Origin: Anaeramoeba ignava BMAN
Taxonomy: Eukaryota; Protista; Anaeramoebae
Reading direction: 5' to 3'
DNA length: 64,000 nucleotides
Assembly (NCBI GenBank): GCA_028826165.1
Contig: JAPDFW010000060.1
Coordinates: 62,001 to 126,000 of the forward strand
This document shows positions 46,165 through 55,528 of the stretch, piece after piece (position 1 is the first letter of the stretch; each line of letters starts with the position of its first letter). The translations under genes and the position numbers were made by a program. The notes beneath the pieces were generated by a model. It was not told where the DNA came from and searched no databases. It saw only the letters and a list, made by a program, of their open reading frames with translations.

Positions 46165-46539
46165 TTAAACATTTTTTTTTGATTTTTTCTTTTTTCTTTT
46201 CTTTTTTTTCTCTTCTTTTTGATCTAAAATGAAATTTGGAGGAATATTTTCTTTGTTTTCTTCTTCATATTTATATTTATTTTTATATTTATAATTATCA
46301 TTTTTTTCTAAAGGAAATTCTTCAAATAAAATTTTTCTTGATTTTGGAATTTTTTCTTGATTTTTTTGAAGAACTTCATTAACTAAAAAAAAAACAACAA
46401 AAAGAAAATTAAAAATAAAAACATTTAAAGAAAAAAAAAAAGAAAAGATTTTTAATTTACTTTTTGGATCTTTTTCTTGATCTTTTGAGTCCATAATATA
46501 TTTATGTTTTTTCTTTTTAAAAACTACCATTTTAGACAT
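46165..46539 (-). CDS. Small basic hypothetical protein (~98 aa; exons 46461-46539, 46165-46382)
   Basis: AAAAATG context and a 78-nt GT-AG intron. Contains RKILF and KENIPP. Confidence 0.5.
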   Translation of the reverse strand: MSKMVVFKKKKHKYIMDSKDQEKDPKSKLKIFSFFFSLNVFIFNFLFVVFFLVNEVLQKNQEKIPKSRKILFEEFPLEKNDNYKYKNKYKYEEENKENIPPNFILDQKEEKKKKRKKKKSKKNV

Positions 46540-46717
46540 TTTTTCTTTTTTAATATTTTCTTTCTTTTTTTTTGGAATAAAAAAATGATTAAAAATTTTC
46601 AAAAACAAAAAAAACAAAAACAACAAAAAACATGAAAAGATTTGTTTTCTGGAAGATCAAAAAATAAATAAAAATAAATAAAAATATAGAAATAATGTTT
46701 CACTTTTCTAAATATAA

Positions 46718-47296
46718 TTAATTTGTAATACATTTACTATCTTTTTTCTTTGGTTTTACATCTTCATAAAAAATATGAGCAATTTCTTTTAAAACAGTCT
46801 CTAATCCTTTTTGTCTTAATGAAGATATTTCAATATATTTTGAAGCACCAATTTCTTTAGCTAAAACTATTCCTTGTTCATGTGTTATAAAATCTTGATT
46901 TTTTGATTTAAGTTTTTCTTGAGTTTCTTTATCAAATCTTAAATCTGATTTTGTTCCAATTAAAATCCTTTTTGCATTTGGGAGATATTGTTTAATTTCA
47001 GGAACCCATTTTTTAAGAATATTTTCATAAGAAATTGGAGATGCAATTGAAAATATTAAAAGAAATACATCTGTTTCAGGATAAGATAATGGTCTAAGTC
47101 TATCAAAATCTTCTCCTCCAGTTGGATCCCAAAATTCTAATGTTATATTCTTTCCTGAAATATTAAAATCTCCTCTGTAATTATCAAATACTGTTGGAAT
47201 ATATATATCTGGAAATTTTTTATCAATTATTGTCATATAAAGAGAAGTTTTTCCAGTTGCTCCATCTCCAGCATTAAGAATTTTTAAAGGTTTCAT
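46718..47296 (-). CDS. Atypical Rho/Rac-family GTPase (WDPTGGE)
   Basis: GDGATGKT, YIPTVFDNY, RLRPLSYP, TKSD, Rho insert, CITN CaaX. Confidence 0.95.
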   Translation of the reverse strand: MKPLKILNAGDGATGKTSLYMTIIDKKFPDIYIPTVFDNYRGDFNISGKNITLEFWDPTGGEDFDRLRPLSYPETDVFLLIFSIASPISYENILKKWVPEIKQYLPNAKRILIGTKSDLRFDKETQEKLKSKNQDFITHEQGIVLAKEIGASKYIEISSLRQKGLETVLKEIAHIFYEDVKPKKKDSKCITN

Positions 47297-47568
47297 ATTT
47301 TAATCAAAATCAAAAAATGAAAAAAATGAAAAATGAAAAAATGAAACAAAAAAATATTTCTATTTTGATTTTCATTTCTATTTTCATTTCTATTTCTATT
47401 TTGATTTTAATTTTGATTTTGATTTTGATTTTGATTTTGATTTAGGTTTAGATTTTATTTTTCCTTTAAAAAGAATAATTGAAAAATTGAAAATAAACCA
47501 AAAAATAAAAATAAATAAAAATAATCCAAAATAATAAAAGAAATATTGTTCCATTTTCCTAAATATAA

Positions 47569-48144
47569 TTAATTTGTAATACATTTACTATTTTTTTGCT
47601 TTGATTTATCTTCATAAAAAACACAAGTAATTTCTTTTAAAACAGCTTCTAATCCTTTTTGTCTTAATGAAGAAGTTTCAATATATTTTGAAGCACCAAT
47701 TTCTTTAGCTAAAACTATTCCTTGTTCACGTGTTATAAAATCTTGGTTTTTTGATTTAAGTTTTTCTTGAGTTTCTTTATCAAATTTTAAATCTGATTTT
47801 GTTCCAATTAAAATCATTTTTGCATCAGGAACATGATGTTTAATTTCAGGAACCCATTTTTGGAGAATATTTTCATAAGAAATTGGGGATGCAATTGAAA
47901 AAAATAAAAGAAATACATCTGTTCCAGGATAAGATAATGGTCTAAATCTATCATAATCTTCTCCTCCAGTTGGATCCCAAAATTCTAATGTTATATTCTT
48001 TCCTGAAATATTAAAATCTCCTCTGTAATTATCAAATACTGTTGGAACATATATTTCTGGAAATTTTTTATTGACAACTGTTATATAAAAAGAAGTTTTT
48101 CCAGTTGCTCCATTTCCAGCAGTAACAATTTTTAAAGGTTTCAT
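47569..48144 (-). CDS. Atypical Rho/Rac-family GTPase (WDPTGGE)
   Basis: GNGATGKT, YVPTVFDNY, CITN. Confidence 0.95.
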   Translation of the reverse strand: MKPLKIVTAGNGATGKTSFYITVVNKKFPEIYVPTVFDNYRGDFNISGKNITLEFWDPTGGEDYDRFRPLSYPGTDVFLLFFSIASPISYENILQKWVPEIKHHVPDAKMILIGTKSDLKFDKETQEKLKSKNQDFITREQGIVLAKEIGASKYIETSSLRQKGLEAVLKEITCVFYEDKSKQKNSKCITN

Positions 48145-48666
48145 ATTTTAATCAAAATCAAAAATGAAAAAATGAAAAAAATGAAAAATGAAAAAATAAA
48201 ACAAAATATTTCTATTTTAATTTTGAATTCTATTTTCATTTCTTTTCATTTTATTTTTGATTTTAATTTTAATTTGATTTTGATTTTGATTTTATTTTTG
48301 ATTTTGATTTTGATTTTGATTTTGATTTTTGAATTTGATTTTGATTTTAAATTTGATTTTGATTTTAATTTTGATTTTGATTTTGATTTTTCATTTTGAT
48401 TTTGATTTTAATTTTGATTTCGATTTGATTTTGATTTTAATTTTTCATTTTCATTTTGATTTTGATTTTGATTTTCATTTTGATTTTCATTTTCATTTTG
48501 ATTTTAATTTTGATTTCGATTTGATTTTGATTTTGATTTTTATTTTCATTTTCATTTTGATTTTATTTTTCCTTTAAAAAGAATAATTGAAAAATTGAAA
48601 ATAAATCAAAAAATAAAAATAATCCAAAATAAGAAAAGAAATATTGTTCCATTTTCCTAAATATAA

Positions 48667-49245
48667 TTAATTTGTAATACATTTACTATCTTTTTTCTTT
48701 GGTTTTACATCTTCATATATAACATGAACAATTTCTTTTAAAACAGTTTCTAATCCTTTTTGTCTTAATGAAGATATTTCAATATATTTTGAAGCACCAG
48801 CTTCTTTAGCTAAAACTATTCCTTGTTCACGTGTTATAAAATCTTGGTTTTTTGATTTAAGTTTTTCTTGAGTTTCTTTATCAAATCTTAAATCTGATTT
48901 TGTTCCAATTAAAATCATTTTTGCATCAGGAACATGATGTTTAATTTCAGGAACCCATCTTTGGAGAATATTTTCATAAGAATCAGGGTATGCAATTGAA
49001 AAAAATAAAAGAAATACATCTGTTCCAGGATAAGATAATGGTCTAAGTCTATCATAATCTTCTCCTCCAGTTGGATCCCAAAATTCTATTGTTACATTTC
49101 TTCCTGAAATATTAATTTCAACAGTGCATTCATCATATGCTGTTGGAACATATATTTCTGGAAATTTTTTATGGTGAACTGTCATATAAAAACAAGTTTT
49201 TCCAATTGCTCCATTTCCAACACCAACAATTTTTAAACGTTCCAT
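48667..49245 (-). CDS. Atypical Rho/Rac-family GTPase (WDPTGGE; switch I YVPTAYDEC)
   Basis: GNGAIGKT, TKSD, CITN. Confidence 0.95.
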   Translation of the reverse strand: MERLKIVGVGNGAIGKTCFYMTVHHKKFPEIYVPTAYDECTVEINISGRNVTIEFWDPTGGEDYDRLRPLSYPGTDVFLLFFSIAYPDSYENILQRWVPEIKHHVPDAKMILIGTKSDLRFDKETQEKLKSKNQDFITREQGIVLAKEAGASKYIEISSLRQKGLETVLKEIVHVIYEDVKPKKKDSKCITN

Positions 49246-49894
49246 ATTTTAATGAAAAAATGAAAAAATGAAAAATGAAAAAATGAAAAATGAAAATAAA
49301 ATATTTCTATTTTCATTTCTATTTCTATTTTCTATTTTGAATTTGATTTTGATTTTGATTTTGATTTTGATTTTGATTTTTGATTTTGATTTTGATTTTG
49401 ATTTTGATTTTAATTTTGATTTTGATTTTAATTTTGATTTTAATTTTCATTTCTATTTTCATTTCTATTTCTAATTTGATTTTAATTTTAATTTTGATTT
49501 TAATTTTGAATTTGATTTTGATTTTGATTTTAATTTTAATTTTGAATTCTATTTTCATTTCTATTTTCATTTCTATTTCTAATTTGATTTTAATTTTGAT
49601 TTTGATTTTGATTTTGATTTTGATTTTGATTTTGATTTTGATTTTGATTTTGATTTTGATTTTGATTTTGATTTTGATTTTGATTTTGATTTTTATTTTG
49701 ATTTTGATTTTAATTTTGATTTTAATTTTAATTTTAATTTGATTTTGATTTTGATTTTTATTTTGGTTTAGATTTAGATTTTATTTTTCCTTTAAAAAGA
49801 ATAATTGAAAAATTGAAAATAAATCAAAAAAGAAAAATAAATAAAAATAATCCAAAATAATAAAAGAAATAATGTTCCATTTTCCTAAATATAA

Positions 49895-50473
49895 TTAATT
49901 TGTAATACATTTACTATCTTTTTTCTTTGGTTCTACAACTCCATATATAACATGAACAATTTCTTTCAAAACAGTTTCTAATCCTTTATGTCTTAATGAA
50001 GATATTTCAATATATTTTGAAGCACCAGCTTCTTTAGCTAAAACTATTCCTTGTTCACGTGTTATAAAATCTTGATTTTTTGATTTAAGTTTTTCTTGAG
50101 TTTCTTTATCAAATCTTAAATCTGATTTTGTTCCAATTAATATCCTTTTTGCATTTGGAAGATAATGTTGAATTTCAGGAACCCATTTTTTAAGAATATT
50201 TTCATAAGAAATTGGAGATGAAATTGAAAATACTAAAAGAAATACATCAGTTTCAGGATAATATAATGGTCTAAGTCTATCAAAATCTTCTCCTCCAGTT
50301 GGATCCCAAAATTCTAATTTTACATTCTTTCCTGAAATATTAAAATCTCCTGTGTAATTATCAAATACTGTTGGAACATATATTTCTGGAAAAGTTTTAT
50401 TGGCAACTGTTATATAAAAAGAAGTTTTTCCAGTTGCTCCATCTCCAGCAGTAACAATTTTTAAAGGTTTCAT
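49895..50473 (-). CDS. Atypical Rho/Rac-family GTPase (WDPTGGE)
   Basis: GDGATGKT, YVPTVFDNY, CITN. Confidence 0.95.
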   Translation of the reverse strand: MKPLKIVTAGDGATGKTSFYITVANKTFPEIYVPTVFDNYTGDFNISGKNVKLEFWDPTGGEDFDRLRPLYYPETDVFLLVFSISSPISYENILKKWVPEIQHYLPNAKRILIGTKSDLRFDKETQEKLKSKNQDFITREQGIVLAKEAGASKYIEISSLRHKGLETVLKEIVHVIYGVVEPKKKDSKCITN

Positions 50474-50869
50474 ATTTTAATTAAAAATGAAAAAAATGAA
50501 AAAAATGAAAATAAAAAGTGGAACAAAAAAATATTTCTATTCTTTTCTTTTCTTTTCTTTTCTTTTCTTTTCTTATTTTGAAATTTGATTTTAATTTAAA
50601 TTTGATTTTAATTTGATTTTGATTTTAATTTTGATTTTATTTTTGATTTTGATTTTAATTTTGATTTTAATTTTGATTTTAATTTTGATTTTGATTTTGA
50701 TTTTGATTTTAATTTAAATTTGATTTTCATTTTGATTTTGATTTTGATTTTGATTTTATTTTTCCTTTAAAAAGAATAATTGAAAAATTGAAAATAAACC
50801 AAAAAATAAAAATAAATAAAAATAATCCAAAATAATAAAAGAAATAATGTTCCATTTTCCTAAATATAA

Positions 50870-51448
50870 TTAATTTGTAATACATTTACTATCTTTTTTC
50901 TTTGGTTTTACAACTCCATATATAACATGAACAATTTCTTTCAAAACACTCTCTAATCCTTTTTGTGTTAATGAAGATATTTCAATATATTTTGAAGCAC
51001 AAATTTTTTTAGCTAAAACTATTCCTTGCTCATGTGTTATAAAATCTAAATTTTTTGATTTAAGTTTTTCTTGAGTTTCCTTATCAAATCTTAAATCTGA
51101 TTTTGTTCCAATTAAAATCATTTTTGCATTTGGGAGATATTGTTTAATTTCAGGAACCCATTTTTGGCGAATATTTTCATAAGAATATGGAGCTGTAATT
51201 GAAAAAAATAAAAGAAATACATTAGTTTCAGGATAATACAATCTTCTAATTCTATCGAAATCTTCTCCTCCAGTTGGATCCCAAAATTCTAATGTTATAT
51301 TCTTTCCTGAAATATTAAAATCATATCTGTAATTATCAAATACTGTTGGAATATATATGTCTGGAAATTTTTTATTAACAACTGTTATATAAAAACAAGT
51401 TTTTCCAATTGCTCCATCTCCAATACCAACAATTTTTAAAGGTTTCAT
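50870..51448 (-). CDS. Atypical Rho/Rac-family GTPase (WDPTGGE)
   Basis: GDGAIGKT, RIRRLYYP, CITN. Confidence 0.95.
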   Translation of the reverse strand: MKPLKIVGIGDGAIGKTCFYITVVNKKFPDIYIPTVFDNYRYDFNISGKNITLEFWDPTGGEDFDRIRRLYYPETNVFLLFFSITAPYSYENIRQKWVPEIKQYLPNAKMILIGTKSDLRFDKETQEKLKSKNLDFITHEQGIVLAKKICASKYIEISSLTQKGLESVLKEIVHVIYGVVKPKKKDSKCITN

Positions 51449-51596
51449 ATTTTAATGAAAAAAATGAAAAAAATGAAAAAATGAAAAATAAAAAGTGGAA
51501 CAAAAAAATATTTCTTTTCTTATTTTTTATTTTCTTTTCTTTATAAAAATAATCCAAAATAATAAAAGAAATATTGTTCCATTTTCCTAAATATAA

Positions 51597-52175
51597 TTAA
51601 TTTGTAATACATTTACTATCTTTTTTCTTTGGTTCTACATATCCATATATAACACGAACAATTTCTTTCAAAACAGTCTCTAATCCTTTTTGTGTTAATG
51701 AAGATATTTCAATATATTTTGAAGCACCAATTTCTTTAGCTAAAACTATTCCTTGTTCATGTGTTATAAAATCTTGATTTCTTGATTTAAGTTGTTCTTG
51801 AGTTTCCTTATCAAATCTTAAATCTGATTTTGTTCCAATTAAAATCATTTTTTGTTTTGCAGTATAATTTTGAATTTCAGGAACCCATTTTTGGCGAATA
51901 TTTTCATAAGAATCAGGAGATGTAATTGAAAAAAATAAAAGAAATACATCAGTTCCAATATAATATAATGGTCTAAGTCTATCATAATTTTCTCCTTCAA
52001 TTGGATCCCAAAATTCTATTGTTACATTCTTTCCTGAAATATTAAAATCATGAATATACTTATTAAATACTGTTGGGGTATATATATCTCTAAAATTGTT
52101 TTGGGCAACTGTTATATAAAAAGAAGTTTTCCCAGTTGCTCCATCTCCAACAATTATAATTTTTAAAGGTTTCAT
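51597..52175 (-). CDS. Atypical Rho/Rac-family GTPase (WDPIEGE), the most divergent copy
   Basis: GDGATGKT, YTPTVFNKY, CITN. Confidence 0.95.
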   Translation of the reverse strand: MKPLKIIIVGDGATGKTSFYITVAQNNFRDIYTPTVFNKYIHDFNISGKNVTIEFWDPIEGENYDRLRPLYYIGTDVFLLFFSITSPDSYENIRQKWVPEIQNYTAKQKMILIGTKSDLRFDKETQEQLKSRNQDFITHEQGIVLAKEIGASKYIEISSLTQKGLETVLKEIVRVIYGYVEPKKKDSKCITN

Positions 52176-52329
52176 ATTTTAAATCAAAATCAAAATAGAA
52201 AAAAATGAAAAAATAAAAAAGTGGAACAAAAAAATATTTTTTTTTTCTTCAAATTTATTTTTTTTTTCAACAGTATCAATTTTTTTTTTTCATTAGATTA
52301 ATTTCATATAATTATTCATTTTTTATTTT

Positions 52330-52997
52330 TCATTTTTCATTTGATTCTGTTTCAGAAAAATTCACTAAAAGATCGATTGATAAATCTTCAATTTCTTGAT
52401 CTTCTCCAATTACAATTTTTTCAAGAGGAGATAAAGATTTCATCACATCAATAAAATCCAAAAAATATTTCCTAAATTTATGACATTTTTAATTAAAAAT
52501 AAAATTTTCAAAACCAAAAAATCAAAAAAATCAAAAAAATCAAAATCAAAATCTTTTTTTAAATCAAATCAATTTGATACCTTTCTTTTCTTAAATAATC
52601 CAAAATAATTTTGTCATTTTTATAAATATTTAAATTTATCCGATTTGTTTCTAAAGAATCTAAAGCTAATTCCATAAAAGATTTCCTAAAAAATGAAGAA
52701 TTAAAAATAAAAAATTAGAGAGAAAAAAACGTGGAATTTTTTATATTTTTTTTTTGCTTTTTTTTTCTTATTGATAAAAGGAAATTGAATGTGGAAAGTT
52801 TTATACCTTGAACAACCAAGCATACTTGAATCAATTTCCATTTCTTTTAAACCATTTGTAGTAATAATTTCCAAAAATTGATTTCTAGTTTTATTTTCTG
52901 TTTCAATAAATTCTTTTAATTGTTGATTTGCTGATTCCAAATCAATTTTTCTAATTTTATTCAAAGACGAAAAATAATTTAAATCTTTGCTTAACAT
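52330..52997 (-). CDS. Hypothetical protein (~145 aa; exons 52807-52997, 52581-52685, 52330-52471)
   Basis: Two phase-2 GT-AG introns give a 438-nt open frame. No recognised motif. Confidence 0.6.
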
Positions 52998-53116
52998 TTA
53001 AATAAAGAAAAAAAAAAGGGAAATTAAAAAAAATGAATTTAAATTTTTTTCTCATTTTTTCATTTTTTCATTTTTTCATTTTTCATTTTTCATTTTTGAT
53101 TAAAAAAAAATATAAA

Positions 53117-54665
53117 ATGATTAGAAGAAATGTTAGATTGAGAAAAGAATATCTTTATAGAAAATCACTTGAAGGAAAAGAAAGAATTGAATATGAACAA
53201 AAAAAAATGTTAAAAGAAGCTTTAGAAGAAGAAAAACCAATTTCAAAAGATATTGCAGAACGTTATGAAGAATTACATAATAAAATTGAAGGAGATGATG
53301 AATATACTGGCAGAGGTTATTATTACTTTTAAATTTTAATTTTTAATTTTTAATTTTTAATTTTTAATTTTTAATTTTTAATTTTTAATTTTTAATTTTT
53401 AATTTTTAATTTTTAATTTTTAATTTTTAATTTTCAAAATAGAACGTTTAAGTATTGATGATGAATATATGAATTCAGGAATTACAGATCCAAAAGTTTT
53501 AATTACAACATCTCGTAATCCTTCTTCTCGTTTATCTCAATTTGCAAAAGTAAATTTTTTATTTTTTAATTTTTTAATTTTTAATTTTTTATTTTTTATT
53601 CAAAATAAAAAAATATAGGAAATTAAATTAATTTTTCCAAATTCTGAACGTATTAATAGAGGAAAACATGTAGTTCATGAAATAACACAAGCATGTCGTG
53701 CAAATGAAATGACTGATTTAATATTACTTCATGAACATCAAGGAGAACCAGGTAAACAAAAATTAAAATTAAAATCAAAATTAAAATTAAAATTAAAATC
53801 AAATTAAAATTAAAATCAAATTAAAATTAAATTAAAATTAAAATCAAAATTAAAATTAAAATTAAAATCAAAATTAAAATTAAAATTAAAATCAAATTAA
53901 AATTAAAATCAAAATAAAATTAAAACAAAACAAAACAAATCAAATCAAAATTAAAATTAAAATTAAAATTAAATCAAAATTAAAATTAAATTAAAATCAA
54001 ATTAAATCAAATTAAAATCAAATTAAAATAAATTTGAAATTTAAAATAAAATTAAAAATTAAATTAAAAATAAAATCAAAATTAAAATTAAATCAAAATT
54101 AAAATCAAATTCAAAATTAAAATCAAAATTAAAATCAAATCAAAGTCAAATTAAAATCAAATCAAATTAAAATTAAAATTAAAATTAAAATTAAAATCAA
54201 ATTAAAATCAAATTAAAATTAAATCAAATTCAAATTTAAAATCAAAAAGATGGAATGATTATTAGTCATTTTCCTTATGGACCAACAGCATATTTTGGAT
54301 TAATTAATACAGTTTTAAGACATGATATCAAAGGAGCAGAAAAAATGTCAGAAACTTATCCACATTTAATTTTCCACAAATTCACAACAAAAATTGGAGA
54401 AAGAGTTCAAACAATTTTAAAATATTTATTTCCAGTACCAAAAGATTCAAGTAAAAGAATAATCACATTTGCAAATGATCAAGATGTGATTTCATTTAGA
54501 CATCATATTTATAAAAAAGAAGATAATGAAATTTTATTAAAAGAAATTGGACCTCGTTTTGAAATGAAATTATTTTGTATTAAACTTGGAACTGTTGAGA
54601 TTGAAGAAGCAGATAAAGAATATATTGTTCATCCTTATATAAATTCAAAAAAGAATGTTCTTTAA
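53117..54665 (+). CDS. IMP4: U3 snoRNP protein IMP4 (Brix domain), 4 exons
   Basis: [17 protein letters not shown]; [22 protein letters not shown]; HEHQGEPDG; [10 protein letters not shown]; EIGPRFEM. Confidence 0.95.
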
Positions 54666-54692
54666 AAAACCAATTAAAAAAAATAGATTTTT

Positions 54693-54763
54693 TTTCATTT
54701 TTTCATTTTTTCATTTTTTCATTTTTTCATTTTTTTCATTTTTAAAAATAAAAATAAAAAATG
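54693..54763 (+). promoter_or_regulatory. Cluster of tandem TCATTTTT initiator-like motifs followed by AAAAATG (representative example; present before most genes)
   Basis: About 6 tandem copies here. Also seen before 6732, 13300, 15249, 17234, 19295, 20518, 22770, 24768, 26824, 28892 and 53117, and as AAAAATGA on the + strand upstream of the minus-strand Rho and ATG2 genes. Confidence 0.7.
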
Positions 54764-55195
54764 CAAGTTTATCAATTTAAAAAAGAATTTTTTAAAGATC
54801 AAGTAATTCAATTTGAAATTATATCATTAAGTGAACAAAGTATTTTAATTATTATTCAAAATACTGATTCCAAAATAACTTCTTTATCTGTTGGAATGAA
54901 ATTTCCTGAAAGTGAAAAAACAAGTACATCTTTAATTCCTTTTGGTTTAAAAATGGATGATTTTGAACAAGGTTTATCTGAAAGATTAGCTTTAAGAATT
55001 TCAAAAGATCAAAACAAACCAACTCAAATTTTTGTTTCTTATAATATAGAATCTTTACAATCTTTGGAATTAATTGATTTACAAATTTTTGTTGAAGAAA
55101 CATTGTTAAAATATTTTCTTGAAAAAGGAATTATAAAAGGAAAATCGAATTCAAATGAAAATTCAAATGAAAATTTAAATGAAAATTTAAAATAA
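54761..55195 (+). CDS. Proteasome assembly chaperone 4 (PAC4/PSMG4)-like
   Basis: SLSVGM...STSLI...GLSERLALRI....QIFVSYNI pattern and size. Confidence 0.65.
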   Translation: MQVYQFKKEFFKDQVIQFEIISLSEQSILIIIQNTDSKITSLSVGMKFPESEKTSTSLIPFGLKMDDFEQGLSERLALRISKDQNKPTQIFVSYNIESLQSLELIDLQIFVEETLLKYFLEKGIIKGKSNSNENSNENLNENLK

Positions 55196-55528
55196 AATTC
55201 AAATTCAAATTCAAATTTAAATTCAAATTCAAATTCAAATTTAAATTAAAATGAAAATTCAAATTAAAATTCAATTTAAAATTCAAATTTAAATTAAAAT
55301 TAAAATTAAAAATAAAATTCAAATTCAAATTCAAATTTAAATTAAAATGAAAATTCAAATGAAAATTCAAATGAAAATTAAAATTAAAATTAAAATTCAA
55401 ATTCAAATTAAAATTCAAATTTCAAATAATTCAAATTTCAAATAAATTCAAATAAAATTTTAATTCAAAAAAATTCAAAAAAATTCAAAAAAATTCAAAA
55501 AAATTCAAAAAAAAAAGTTTCATTTAAA

